This document shows positions 47,691 to 57,895 of a DNA stretch of 64,000 nucleotides, piece after piece. Source of the stretch: Candidatus Bathyarchaeia archaeon (GTDB taxonomy: Archaea > Thermoproteota > Bathyarchaeia > Bathyarchaeales > Bathycorpusculaceae); assembly GCA_050012755.1 (NCBI GenBank), contig JBEKGO010000005.1, positions 12,543 to 76,542 on the forward strand, read 5' to 3'. The notes beneath the pieces are model-generated. The model was given only the letters and a program-made list of their open reading frames with translations, did not search any database and was not told the DNA's origin. A program made the position numbers and the translations under genes. Every line of letters starts with the position of its first letter. Position 1 is the first letter of the stretch.

Positions 47691-49028
47691 ATGAATTCTT
47701 ACCCTAAAATTATTGTTTCCCCACCCGGCCCCAAGGCAAGGGAGCTCGTTATAAAGGATGAACGGTTTGTCTCTCCATCGTATCTGCGGTTTTACCCACT
47801 TGTCGTTGAATCAGCAAACGACTGCGTGGTTAAGGACGTTGATGGAAACGAGTACATTGATCTTAACTCCGGCATAGCCTGTATGAACGTAGGCCATAAC
47901 CATCCTCGCGTAGTTGAAGCCATAAAGAGCCAGTGTGACCGTTTTCTACATTATTCTAACACGGACTTCTACTACAAAGAAGTCATCAATCTGGCAGAAA
48001 AGTTAGCTACCATAACTCCTGGAGAAGGTGAGAAAAAAACCTATTTCGGCAATAGCGGCACCGAAGCCGTAGAGGCAGCAATAAAGCTTGCAAAATGGCA
48101 CACACGCAAACCCCAATTCATAGGATTCATCGACGCTTTTCACGGACGTACTATGGGTTCATTAGCTTTCACCGCGAGCAAACCGATTCAAAGGAGACAC
48201 TTTTCTCCCTTTATGCCTGGAGTCGCTCACGTTCCTTACCCCCATTGCTACCGTTGCCCCTTCAAACTAGAGCAACCAGACTGTAATTATTGGTGCGCAG
48301 ATTTTATTGAGGAACAAGTACTTCAAAAGTATATGCCTGCAGAAGATGTTGCAGCTATTCTTTTTGAACCAATTCAGGGAGAAGGCGGCTATGTAGTTCC
48401 TCCAGCCGAGTTTTTCCAAAAACTCAAAAAAATCGCCGATAAATATGGAATACTGCTCATCGATGATGAAGTCCAGTCTGGCATAGGCAGAACTGGCAAA
48501 TGGTTCGCTATCGAGCACTGGGGCATCGAACCAGACATAATCTGTAGTTCAAAGGCTTTAGCGTCAGGCTTACCCATCGGCGCAACAATTGCCAACGCAA
48601 GAATTATGGATTGGACAAGTGGGTCGCATGCAAGCACTTTCGGCGGAAACCCGCTATCCTGTGCTGCTGCAGCGGCAGTTATAGATGTTATTAAGGAACA
48701 GCAATTGCTCGACAATGCTAACAAGCAAGGAACTTATACGATGAAAAGATTAGAAGAACTCAAAGAATCTAACAGTATAGTTGGAGATGTACGTGGTAAA
48801 GGTCTAATGATTGGCGTTGAAATTGTCGAGGACAAAGAAACGAAAAAACCTTCTCATCAAAAAGCAACTGAAGTTATGGTGCGTTCATGGAAACGCGGAG
48901 TCGCCGTTGTCACTTGTGGCGTTTCAACGCTGAGGATAGTTCCACCACTAACAATACAAACTGAAATGCTTGCAACTGCATTGGATATCGTTGAAGATAC
49001 AATTAATGAGGTCGCAAAAGAAGCATAG
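47691..49028 (+). CDS. Class III aminotransferase (4-aminobutyrate/acetylornithine family)
   Basis: NSGTEAVEAA, FHGRT, EPIQGEGG, DEVQSGIGRTG, SKALASG, STFGGNP. Confidence 0.9.
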   Translation: MNSYPKIIVSPPGPKARELVIKDERFVSPSYLRFYPLVVESANDCVVKDVDGNEYIDLNSGIACMNVGHNHPRVVEAIKSQCDRFLHYSNTDFYYKEVINLAEKLATITPGEGEKKTYFGNSGTEAVEAAIKLAKWHTRKPQFIGFIDAFHGRTMGSLAFTASKPIQRRHFSPFMPGVAHVPYPHCYRCPFKLEQPDCNYWCADFIEEQVLQKYMPAEDVAAILFEPIQGEGGYVVPPAEFFQKLKKIADKYGILLIDDEVQSGIGRTGKWFAIEHWGIEPDIICSSKALASGLPIGATIANARIMDWTSGSHASTFGGNPLSCAAAAAVIDVIKEQQLLDNANKQGTYTMKRLEELKESNSIVGDVRGKGLMIGVEIVEDKETKKPSHQKATEVMVRSWKRGVAVVTCGVSTLRIVPPLTIQTEMLATALDIVEDTINEVAKEA

Positions 49029-49029
49029 G

Positions 49030-49584
49030 CTACTTTGCTTTCACTTTCTTCACCGTTCTACGCGGTTTTCTCTTAAGAGCAGTACCGCAAACTTTGCATT
49101 CCTTCGCCGAGCTGTTGGCTGGGTATTCTCGGAAACAAGCTGGGCAATACCTTATCCACTCTAAAAGCCGTTTGATACCAAAAGTGACAAGCGCCGAAAA
49201 TTCTATATTTAATTGTGTGGCAACATTCTGAATTGAGTAATCATCACTGACAATCTGAGGATTGTAACCCGTTGCTTTCAGTTCTAATGCTAAAGCTAGT
49301 AGTTCAATGTCAGTTTCCGATAATTTGAAGGAGTCGCCAACTTTGCTAGACGATGCTCTAATTTGATTTACGTATTCTCTTGACGGCGCTTTAACTTTCA
49401 CCCGTCCGTTTTCTAATGCTGTTTCGAAGCGTAGCTTATTCATAGAATTTCTTTTTATTTCTTCTTCAACCTTGGGAACAGTCACTTGCTCTACGTTTAA
49501 TGAGAAAGGATCAAAACCTGCTACAAAAGCAGAAGTATCTAGAACAATAGCTCGTTTACATGGGTTGTTGACTTGAGGATTCAT
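49030..49584 (-). CDS. nob1: Nob1 PIN endonuclease (rRNA processing)
   Basis: VLDTSAF, LSETDIELLALA, SDDYSIQNVA, C-terminal CPAC..CKVCG. Confidence 0.9.
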   Translation of the reverse strand: MNPQVNNPCKRAIVLDTSAFVAGFDPFSLNVEQVTVPKVEEEIKRNSMNKLRFETALENGRVKVKAPSREYVNQIRASSSKVGDSFKLSETDIELLALALELKATGYNPQIVSDDYSIQNVATQLNIEFSALVTFGIKRLLEWIRYCPACFREYPANSSAKECKVCGTALKRKPRRTVKKVKAK

Positions 49585-50429
49585 TCTGTTCCCTTAAAAA
49601 GCAAGCGGCTTTTCAGTCGGTCGTAAAAATCAGTTTCAAACCTTATGAAAGAGGTAATGTTTTTGGATACTGTGACTACTAAGGTTGGCTGTTTACTGTT
49701 TATCTGTTTACGGTACTTCCCATCAATGAGAACAAGGATTTCCTCTGCCTTAGTTACGTTTAAAGTGATGGTGGAGTAGGCAGGAAAAACAAGTGGATGA
49801 AAAACTGTTAGCGGGCAGATGGGGGTGACAACGAAAGCGCCTACCGCTGGGTCTAAAACTGGTCCACCTGCAGAAAATGAGTATCCAGTGGACCCTGTTT
49901 GGGTGGCTATAATTAGTCCGTCTGCTTGGCAATTGAGAATCGGTTTACCATCCTTGCATATTTGCGTATAAAGTATTTTTGATGGTTCACCAGCAGAAAT
50001 TACAACATCATTCAATGCGTCAGGTAAAATTTCTTCGCCCGCAATCACCGATAGTTTTGCGCTTTTCTCTATTTTGTATGTGCCTTTGAGAATTTTATCC
50101 ACGGCTTCAAAAGCGTTCTTGGGTTCAATTTCAGTTAGAAATCCTCGGAGCCCCATGTTTATTGCTAAAATTGGCGGTTCAGGCTTACTTAGGCCTATAC
50201 ATGTTCGAAGTATTGTTCCGTCGCCGCCGATTGTTATTAAGAAGTCAGTTTTCATTTTTGAGAGGGGAACCATCTCTTCCTTAGTGGCAATTTTTCCCGC
50301 GAGCGTATCTTCGATGTAAACTCTCAATCCTTTCTTCGCAAGATACTCTGCAAGCTCTTCCGCAAGCTTCAATGCAGATTTCCTATCGTAGCGGGCAATT
50401 ATTCCTACACTTTTGAACAATAATTCCAA
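49581..50429 (-). CDS. nadK: NAD kinase
   Basis: GGDGTIL, GFLTE, ALND, ADGLIIATQTGSTGYSFSAGGP. Confidence 0.92.
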   Translation of the reverse strand: MELLFKSVGIIARYDRKSALKLAEELAEYLAKKGLRVYIEDTLAGKIATKEEMVPLSKMKTDFLITIGGDGTILRTCIGLSKPEPPILAINMGLRGFLTEIEPKNAFEAVDKILKGTYKIEKSAKLSVIAGEEILPDALNDVVISAGEPSKILYTQICKDGKPILNCQADGLIIATQTGSTGYSFSAGGPVLDPAVGAFVVTPICPLTVFHPLVFPAYSTITLNVTKAEEILVLIDGKYRKQINSKQPTLVVTVSKNITSFIRFETDFYDRLKSRLLFKGTE

Positions 50430-50496
50430 CTCAGTAAAATAGCGTGAACTTAATCTATATTAAGCTTTTAAGGTATTCTGGACAAGGTCGATGTGA

Positions 50497-51300
50497 ATGA
50501 CAACTTCGCCCAAGACTATGCCTGTTCTCTTTGTTGGTCATGGTTCACCAATGAACATCGTTCTCCATAACAGCTACACTGAAAGTCTCGTCAAAGCCGC
50601 TAAAGACCTTCCAAAGCCCAAAGCAATACTTGTAGTCTCGGCTCATTGGCTAACAAACGGCACATACGTAACATGCGTTGAAAAGCCAAAAACAATCTAC
50701 GATTTCTACGGGTTTCCAGACGAATTATACAAATTGAGTTATCCAAGCCCCGGCTCACCAGACAACGCTCAACTAGCAATCAAAGTGGCAAAGTCAACTC
50801 AGATAAAATGTGGAAACTGGGGGCTAGACCATGCTGCGTGGGCTGTCTTGAAACATATGTATCCCGCGGCTGACATTCCAGTTTTTGAGATGAGCCTCGA
50901 CTACTCGCCCTACAACAATTGGAATCCAAAGCCTCTGGAGTTTCATTACAAATTAGCTTCAGAACTTGCACCTCTACGAGAAAAGGGCGTTCTTATTATC
51001 GGAAGCGGAAACATCGTTCACAACCTGGGGCTCATTGATTTCGACACCGACGCTAAACCCTTCGATTGGGCTGTAAAATTTGACGAAAAAGTCAAACAAT
51101 GCCTAGTTTCAGGAAATCACAAAGACCTCATCAACTACACGGAGTTAGGAAAAGAAGCCCCTTATGCAGTGCCCACTCAAGACCATTATCTGCCAATGAT
51201 TTACGCAATTGGACTGCAGAAAAAAGGGGAAACTCTGAAATTTATCCATGAAGGTTTTCAAAACGGCTCAGTGTCAATGCGAGCCTTCCAGATAGGATAA
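50497..51300 (+). CDS. ygiD: 4,5-DOPA extradiol dioxygenase (LigB/YgiD family)
   Basis: FVGHGSPMN, SAHW, WGLDHAAW, GSGNIVHNL, PTQDHYLP. Confidence 0.88.
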   Translation: MTTSPKTMPVLFVGHGSPMNIVLHNSYTESLVKAAKDLPKPKAILVVSAHWLTNGTYVTCVEKPKTIYDFYGFPDELYKLSYPSPGSPDNAQLAIKVAKSTQIKCGNWGLDHAAWAVLKHMYPAADIPVFEMSLDYSPYNNWNPKPLEFHYKLASELAPLREKGVLIIGSGNIVHNLGLIDFDTDAKPFDWAVKFDEKVKQCLVSGNHKDLINYTELGKEAPYAVPTQDHYLPMIYAIGLQKKGETLKFIHEGFQNGSVSMRAFQIG

Positions 51301-51416
51301 AAACCACATGGTTTTTCAATATTCAATATGTTTTGTTGATGCTTTTGTATACCGTCTTGTTCGAGTGAGGCTTTCTTCTTTTTTTCTCACAGTGACCGAG
51401 GTATAGGTCAAAAGTT

Positions 51417-51452
51417 TATACAGTATGATATACAGTTTGATATACAGTTGTG
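51417..51452 (+). promoter_or_regulatory. Three 12-bp direct repeats (TATACAGT-N4), likely RHH operator
   Basis: TATACAGT at 51417, 51429, 51441, immediately before ATG 51458. Confidence 0.65.
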
Positions 51453-51457
51453 AGTCT

Positions 51458-51808
51458 ATGCCAAAAGGTATGCCTAAAACGTTTAAAGGATTCCGATTTA
51501 ACACCAAACTCTATGAAGAATTTAAGACGCTGGCAACCAAGAACGGTTATACTGTGACGGCCGCTTTTGAGAAATTTATGTCCAACTCTATTGAGTTTGG
51601 GCTTTCTTTTCCTTCCCCGGCTAAGGTGGAAAATGTAGAGGCTGAAGCTCGAATTATGCTTGCTTGGCTCAAAGAAGGACGTTACTGGGTAAATCTCGGC
51701 GGAGGAGCAGAAACCAGTACTCGAGGTCGCCTTCTGTTGCTTTTGCCCAATATTGTAGATGCCAATTTGAGAGTGGATATAGAAGAAACTTTGAAAAAGA
51801 AACCTTAG
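51458..51808 (+). CDS. RHH-type DNA-binding protein with C-terminal extension
   Basis: KTFKGFRFNTKLYEEFKTLATKNGYTVTAAFEKFM; ORF track starts at 51425. Confidence 0.7.
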   Translation: MPKGMPKTFKGFRFNTKLYEEFKTLATKNGYTVTAAFEKFMSNSIEFGLSFPSPAKVENVEAEARIMLAWLKEGRYWVNLGGGAETSTRGRLLLLLPNIVDANLRVDIEETLKKKP

Positions 51809-51997
51809 ACCGTTGTTCTACGGGGTATGTTAAGTCGAACTTGCGTGTCGTCATCAATAAGTAAGAATAGCCGCGCAACAAATCAACCTAACCATTCTGT
51901 TTTTGGTTCTCGTGCCATAACCATTAAGCCGCTTTTTGTTTGGAATAAGAAATCTTACTTGAAAGTTGAGAGCTGTCAATAGATTTGAAAACGCAAA

Positions 51998-53470
51998 CTA
52001 ATGCGTATACATAAAGGCGGCTCTCCCTGGTGGCGCCGCATGGGAAGCTGCTCGGCAGGCTAATGCTAGAGCCATCAGTTGATCATCATGTTTTCCTTGC
52101 GGATGCCAGAACTTTAAGTGGATCCGTTCTTGCGCAGTTTTCGGCTGCAAATATTCATATTGCTGCTCATTCATCTGCGCAATCAACGCCTTGTCATCTC
52201 CAATTATCTTAAGCAATTTCTTTTCCATTAGGAGTTTAAGATTGTTTAACATGTTTTCTTTTTCTATATCAGTAAAGAATACCCCTTCAACGCCAAACAT
52301 ATCAATTCTGTAAAGTTCATCAACTATTGCATCGCCGATTCCACCCTTGTCCACGCCTAATCTTTCGAATTTGAAGACTTGGTTAGCTCTAGCTACATAT
52401 CCGATTACTTCTGGATAACTGGTGCCTAGTGGAAGCTGCCGTTTATGCACCACCCGCATCTCCCCCGAATCAAATCTTTTCACAACAACTAGCACGCTAT
52501 AATCAACTTGTTTGCCTAAATCTAACCCCGCATAATAAGGTCCCTCAAGCTGTCCCGGTTTTGTTTTTTCAATGTCTTCGATGTAGGCGTTAGGCGAGTC
52601 AGGGTTCCCCAAATCTGCATCTACGCAAGTGACAATCAAGTTAATTGGGAAGAAAGTGTGTGTAGCTTCTACCCATAAGCCTTCAACTTCTCTTTGCCAC
52701 TCTTCCTGCGTCATAACCTCCTTCCATTCATCAAGTTCTTTCTGGCTAACAAGAGGACTTTGATAACTTGCGTAATGATGCACGCTGTAACGATTTGTAT
52801 CCAAAAAAGCTTTGCGAAAAACATGATCAGAGCTCATCGGTGTACCACTCATTACAAGGCAAGAATTAGGTTTTGTTAACATCATCATTATTTCACTTGT
52901 TATCATTTCGCTTGGAACAATCGATGCCTCATCAATGAAAATGAAGTTTGGATGATATCCTCTGAGTCTGTCTTTTGAGCATGGTAAGGCGATGAGTCTT
53001 CCGCCTAGAGGCGGTTTTACTGTTATTATTGTTCTCGAAGTTCCATGTTTTTGAATCAACTCTTTCAATAGTGGGTTAGCCATAGTGGTTGAGAAACAGT
53101 AATCAAACATAATCATCGATTGACGTTGAGTGCTACTTATGATTAAACTCTCAATCTTGGGTTTTGTGAATAACAACCAGAGATTCTTTCTACTAAATAC
53201 CAAACTCTTGCCCCATCCTCGCCCACAAACCGCCACCTGCTTAGAATTAGTGTCTCTGAGAAGCTTCTGATGTTCCGGTGCATGAACAAGCCATTTATCG
53301 CCGCACATTAACACCGCGAAAAATACAGGATCCTGAACAAGTTTGTCAATTACTTCTTTGTGAGATACCAATTGTCTTAGCGCTTTAGGCTTCTGCAACA
53401 AACCCTCGCAAACCGAACCAGCAAATTCCAAGTCATTTGTTACCTTCTCGATGAAAGTCTTCTCGTCCAA
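51998..53470 (-). CDS. terL: Terminase large subunit
   Basis: GRGWGKS Walker A, LRGYHPNFIFIDEA Walker B, SGTP motif III, nuclease GLDLGKQVDYS, VDKGGIGD, HDDQLMALALA. Confidence 0.9.
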   Translation of the reverse strand: MDEKTFIEKVTNDLEFAGSVCEGLLQKPKALRQLVSHKEVIDKLVQDPVFFAVLMCGDKWLVHAPEHQKLLRDTNSKQVAVCGRGWGKSLVFSRKNLWLLFTKPKIESLIISSTQRQSMIMFDYCFSTTMANPLLKELIQKHGTSRTIITVKPPLGGRLIALPCSKDRLRGYHPNFIFIDEASIVPSEMITSEIMMMLTKPNSCLVMSGTPMSSDHVFRKAFLDTNRYSVHHYASYQSPLVSQKELDEWKEVMTQEEWQREVEGLWVEATHTFFPINLIVTCVDADLGNPDSPNAYIEDIEKTKPGQLEGPYYAGLDLGKQVDYSVLVVVKRFDSGEMRVVHKRQLPLGTSYPEVIGYVARANQVFKFERLGVDKGGIGDAIVDELYRIDMFGVEGVFFTDIEKENMLNNLKLLMEKKLLKIIGDDKALIAQMNEQQYEYLQPKTAQERIHLKFWHPQGKHDDQLMALALACRAASHAAPPGRAAFMYTH

Positions 53471-53745
53471 TTCCTAAAATCCCTCCTAATCAGCCTACGC
53501 ATAGGTCCATCTGCGTAATGAACCCCTGCAACAAAATCGCCCAACGTATCTTCATCAAACTGTGCTCCCTCCTTTTTCCTTGTTTGAAGTTCATTTAAAA
53601 TAACTGCGTGGTATGCCAGAGCATTAGCGACGCGAACTTTATCCATGGGTTGAAGGGCTGGATCATTAAACATTTTCTTTAAGTCTGTCATTAATTCCCT
53701 TTCTGTTTTTATGAGCTCTTCATCATTTTCTTGATTTTCTGACAT
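53440..53745 (-). CDS. Helical hypothetical protein overlapping terL, candidate small terminase subunit
   Basis: 101 aa; 31-bp overlap with the terL start; basic C-terminus. Confidence 0.65.
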   Translation of the reverse strand: MSENQENDEELIKTERELMTDLKKMFNDPALQPMDKVRVANALAYHAVILNELQTRKKEGAQFDEDTLGDFVAGVHYADGPMRRLIRRDFRNWTRRLSSRR

Positions 53746-54083
53746 TGCTTATCCTGAATCCACTTTTCACTTGATTTTGAAAGACTGAAATTTTCTCGAA
53801 ACTCAGCGCGCTAAAGCTAGCAATGTTTCTAACCTTTAAACCAAGCATAGAAACGACTTTTTGAAGTAGTAGAGAGGGCAGTGAAAGTGAAATCACCTGA
53901 TTCTTCAAAGTGGCAAAAGCAGATTCCTAATGCATTATTTCAAAGAGAACCCAAAAGTGCTAAGTGATAAGATTTTAGAGTTAGTGCAAAACATAGAGAA
54001 AACGTTGGTGATTTCAGGAATAGATTGTTACAAAGAGCAAAATAGAAACTGTTCTTAAGTCACATCATAGACAGGGTTTATGT

Positions 54084-54345
54084 GTGAAAATTTCCGCGTT
54101 ACTCGAAACACCATCTGTCAAAATCCTACTTTATTATATGAACATGGGAATGCGGTGCACAGAACTAACAAAGTTGATAGCAAGTGGAGGAACACTTTCA
54201 CTCAATACTAATGAGCTTGAGGAAGATGGTCTTTTAGAAAGAAGAATCATGACATCTAACCTGCACAAGCGTTTTACTCCTTAGCGAAAAAGGTTCAGAA
54301 ATATCAGTTCTTCTTTGCAAGAACAAAAACATAATTGATAAATGA
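54084..54345 (+). pseudogene. Frameshifted HxlR-like winged-helix regulator
   Basis: Joining frames gives MKISALLETPSVKILLY(LYEHG)..TELTKLIASGGTLSLN..ELEEDGLLERRI..(PAQAFYSL)..(KGSEISVLL); several single-base shifts. Confidence 0.6.
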
Positions 54346-54394
54346 TATGATCTTTTTGCGAGTCCAATCACTCTTATCTATTGTTTGGTTTTCA

Positions 54395-57300
54395 TCATAC
54401 TTCATCATTCTTATTACGGGCTTGTGGTTCAGACTCAATAAACTCTTGTTCAATTTCGTTTATCTGGTACAGATCATAAATTTTCTTGTCTAATCTCCTA
54501 TCCAGAACGACCATTTGGTGATGTAATTCGTGGGCTGATTCAAGTAATTTGCAATAGTGTTCTGTTATTCTATTAATGGCTGTCAGGTTTTCATTCTTAA
54601 TCTTATTGAAGATGGGAATCTTTGCAGATAACAGCTTTTGGAACAAATTGCCTGTTCCCATAGATTTCCAGTTCCTATTAGCATACAGCATAACAAATCT
54701 TCTGAGAGAATCATTTATTATTCTGCATTTGAGAACAAGGTAACCACTTTCTACTTTATCACTACCGATTGGTAAAAAGTCAACTCTGAACTCCAGAGAA
54801 TTCTCTTCTTCTGCTACCTCTATTTTCTTAATTGCTCCTTTCCTGATTCTGTCTGCATATTGGCAATCAATCGAGTCTAAGCCGTGATAAATAGTTGAGA
54901 ACTTGGTGTAAGCAATTATCGGAGAATCAACGCATTGGTTAAAATCCAAGTTTATTGCTGCTCTCTTGTTTGACAAGGACATTAGCTCCTCAACGTTACT
55001 GACTATTGACAGGTGAAGCGCTTTTTCAGACTCGTCGGTTAGGTTTATTTTTTTAATTGGGATTTCGGCTAAGGGACCGCTAAAGTACTCCATATATCCG
55101 TCTCTTTTGAGTTTTGTAGCAGATCGGTAATAGAAGTTCATTAAACGAGAATTCAAAATACCCAAAACATACTTTATGCTAACAAGCTCTGTTCTTGATA
55201 CAAGTACATAGGTATCGGTGAGCGTGTAGAACGACTCATTATCAAAAGCGAACTTGTTAGATGTGGCATAATTGGGAACAAGAAGTTTTTCCTTCACACA
55301 ATCAAATAGTTCCCTGTTGCGAGGAACACTGAGTTCATACCATTTACGCGTCCCATGCCTCACTTGAAAGCGCGCTTCAAGTTCAATTCTAAATTGTTTT
55401 AGATAGTTTATTGTGTTAGGGATGGTTTCCGGATTAATTTCAGGAACCGTGTAAATTAGTGATAGGTTTCGATAACCGATATGATACCGCTTAACATCTC
55501 GAGTCTTAACGTATTTCTTTAGTACTTCAGTCTCTAACTGATATTTCTCGATTATTTCAGGAGTTACTATGAATGCTTTGTTTAGACCTGTTGTCATTCC
55601 CTGCCCTATATTACAAATGTCATTATCACCAAGCTTCCACGAATTTCTGCGGATTTTTTCTTTTAGCATTTCTATTTTTGAGGACGAAAAAATCCATGGT
55701 TCAGCGGTCAACTCTCCTTGGAGCCAGCTAAATACACTGATATGCTCATCCTCAAATGAATCTTTGTTTTGATTAGCTTCAATATGTTTGAAAAGATCAC
55801 TGTAACTCTCGGACCAATTTTTAACCTTAACCAATTTTATTCGATTATTTGCACGAGCTTCTGAATCAGAATTGCGCTCAAAAATGATTATGGACGTGAG
55901 AACATTTGCACCTTTGAAAAATTGAACATTCCCTGAATCCAAAATAAGCTTAATCCTTGCATTTTTTAGAATCCAATCCCTTAGTTTATCAGCCCAACGT
56001 GACTCGAGCCAATACCGAGCAACGATGAAGCCTAACACCCCCTTTTCCTTTAGTAGACTCAAACCGCGCATTATGAAATAGAAGAGGATATCGTTCTGAC
56101 CTCTATAAACTTCAGACCATTCAGTGCTTTCCCTGAGGTATTTTTTTAGCTCATCCGATTGCGTTGATATTGTAAAATATGGGGGATTACCTATAATAAC
56201 ATCAAACTTCCCTCCCTCAACGGCTCTAAAACCCTTTTCCCAGCGAAATGGTTGAACGCTAGAAAATCCCTCTCCAAAAAACTTTTTAAGTTCTTCATCT
56301 TCCAATCCAATTATCGAGTTGCCAACCTTGATATTTTCTTGAAGAATTAGCGGTAGCTTTTCACCTCTCTTCAATGCTTGGAGCATGAGGTTTACAGATG
56401 CTATTTCAGTAGCAGAAGAATCAATATCTACCCCGAAAATGTTTTCCATGAGTATCTTCTTTTCAAAGTTCTCAAAAGGTTGATGCCGTCTCGATTCAAG
56501 TTCCCAAGCTTCTTTGTTCTTTCCTTCAGCTCTAAGTCTAAATATTTTGTTCGTTATCTTCTGATTTTCTTCACTGATTTTTTCGTTATATGCCCTATAC
56601 TTTTTTTCAAGCCTTTCAAAAGCCTTGATTAGAAAAGACCCAGAGCCGCACGCAGGATCAAGAATACGGACTTTGGCCACTTGAGAAAATTTTTCAATTG
56701 ATTCCGAAATTCTCTCGTCTTCGTAATACTTAACAGCCTCGTCGAATGCCTCTGCAACTTTCTCAAGTGCGTTGGATGCAATATAATTTACAACGGGAGG
56801 CTCAGTGTAGTATACACCGCTTGATTTCTTCAATATAGGGGTTGGTTTGAGTTCAACATCATTGTTTATGAATAATTTGCTTCCAAGGTAGCTTTCGTAA
56901 GTATTTCCGAGAATGTCGGAAGTGAACTTTCTAAAGTTTTGGCCATAGAGCGCTTTAATGATGTCAGCCAACGTATCACTACTTATCCTCGAAAGCACTT
57001 TATCGAGCTCTAGGTCTTCTTCGAAGATTTTGCTGTCATGAATTTGGTTAAAACCAACGAAGAGTTGTTTGATGATTTCAGTAAGAGAAGTGTAAGTCCG
57101 TGTTTTGGACCAATACTCAAATGCGGCATGGAGCTGGTCAGGATCCGAAAGAACCCACTTGTCTTCTGCATAGCGAATGATAACAAATCGGTCAATTATT
57201 CTTTGGGTGTATTTTTGGAGCTCCTCAGCTTTCAATTCAGGGCAGTTTCTATGCATATTCCGAGCGAGTTTGAGACGCCAATCATTTAGAGCATTTAGGA

Positions 57301-57895
57301 AATTTAGATCGACATCAGGCCTTTCAATTCTTCCTTCCAGTTTGTTAATATTTCCATCCGATACTTGTTCATTTGTTAAAAGCATTAGATCATCTATTCG
57401 CTCCAAATACTGCGTAGGCGACTCGATGTCGAGAACTACTTCACCAGTTTTAGAGTTAAAAAGCCTAAATTTCTCGAAATTTGTTAATATTGCCCATTTA
57501 GCATCAATACTCATTCCTGCGTAATTAAGCACTTGGCGTTCCTCTGACGTCCAGTCTGCATAAATTTTTTGGCCAGAGAGAGTTAATTGGACCCCTCGCT
57601 CCAAACGGGATGGCACACCGCCAAATCGTTTTGCTTCAACAAAAATAATAGGTTTGCCGCTAACTTTTAGAGCTACATCTGCGTGACCAATCCCTCGCAC
57701 ATAATTCTCTGAATCGTATTCTTTTGAATCGTCAGTTTTCCAGCCTAATATACTAAACAATGGATCTACGTAGTCCTTTCTAACATTTGCTTCACCAATT
57801 TCCTTGAGCCCTTTGTCGCCGAGCTCAAATTTGCGAACGGTATATTTTTGAATAAGCTGCTTTACACCATGCACAACATTGTCATATTCGGCCAT
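54395..57895 (-). CDS. Type IIG restriction-modification enzyme (REase + N6-adenine MTase + TRD)
   Basis: N-terminal HADVAL...FVEAKR, GVYYT, ILDPACGSGSF motif I, IIGNPPY motif IV, TaqI_C-like TRD. Confidence 0.92.
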   Translation of the reverse strand: MAEYDNVVHGVKQLIQKYTVRKFELGDKGLKEIGEANVRKDYVDPLFSILGWKTDDSKEYDSENYVRGIGHADVALKVSGKPIIFVEAKRFGGVPSRLERGVQLTLSGQKIYADWTSEERQVLNYAGMSIDAKWAILTNFEKFRLFNSKTGEVVLDIESPTQYLERIDDLMLLTNEQVSDGNINKLEGRIERPDVDLNFLNALNDWRLKLARNMHRNCPELKAEELQKYTQRIIDRFVIIRYAEDKWVLSDPDQLHAAFEYWSKTRTYTSLTEIIKQLFVGFNQIHDSKIFEEDLELDKVLSRISSDTLADIIKALYGQNFRKFTSDILGNTYESYLGSKLFINNDVELKPTPILKKSSGVYYTEPPVVNYIASNALEKVAEAFDEAVKYYEDERISESIEKFSQVAKVRILDPACGSGSFLIKAFERLEKKYRAYNEKISEENQKITNKIFRLRAEGKNKEAWELESRRHQPFENFEKKILMENIFGVDIDSSATEIASVNLMLQALKRGEKLPLILQENIKVGNSIIGLEDEELKKFFGEGFSSVQPFRWEKGFRAVEGGKFDVIIGNPPYFTISTQSDELKKYLRESTEWSEVYRGQNDILFYFIMRGLSLLKEKGVLGFIVARYWLESRWADKLRDWILKNARIKLILDSGNVQFFKGANVLTSIIIFERNSDSEARANNRIKLVKVKNWSESYSDLFKHIEANQNKDSFEDEHISVFSWLQGELTAEPWIFSSSKIEMLKEKIRRNSWKLGDNDICNIGQGMTTGLNKAFIVTPEIIEKYQLETEVLKKYVKTRDVKRYHIGYRNLSLIYTVPEINPETIPNTINYLKQFRIELEARFQVRHGTRKWYELSVPRNRELFDCVKEKLLVPNYATSNKFAFDNESFYTLTDTYVLVSRTELVSIKYVLGILNSRLMNFYYRSATKLKRDGYMEYFSGPLAEIPIKKINLTDESEKALHLSIVSNVEELMSLSNKRAAINLDFNQCVDSPIIAYTKFSTIYHGLDSIDCQYADRIRKGAIKKIEVAEEENSLEFRVDFLPIGSDKVESGYLVLKCRIINDSLRRFVMLYANRNWKSMGTGNLFQKLLSAKIPIFNKIKNENLTAINRITEHYCKLLESAHELHHQMVVLDRRLDKKIYDLYQINEIEQEFIESEPQARNKNDEV

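Noticed and set aside
53723-53908. 61-aa ORF upstream of the terminase pair
   Set aside because: No motif or clear SD; probably chance.
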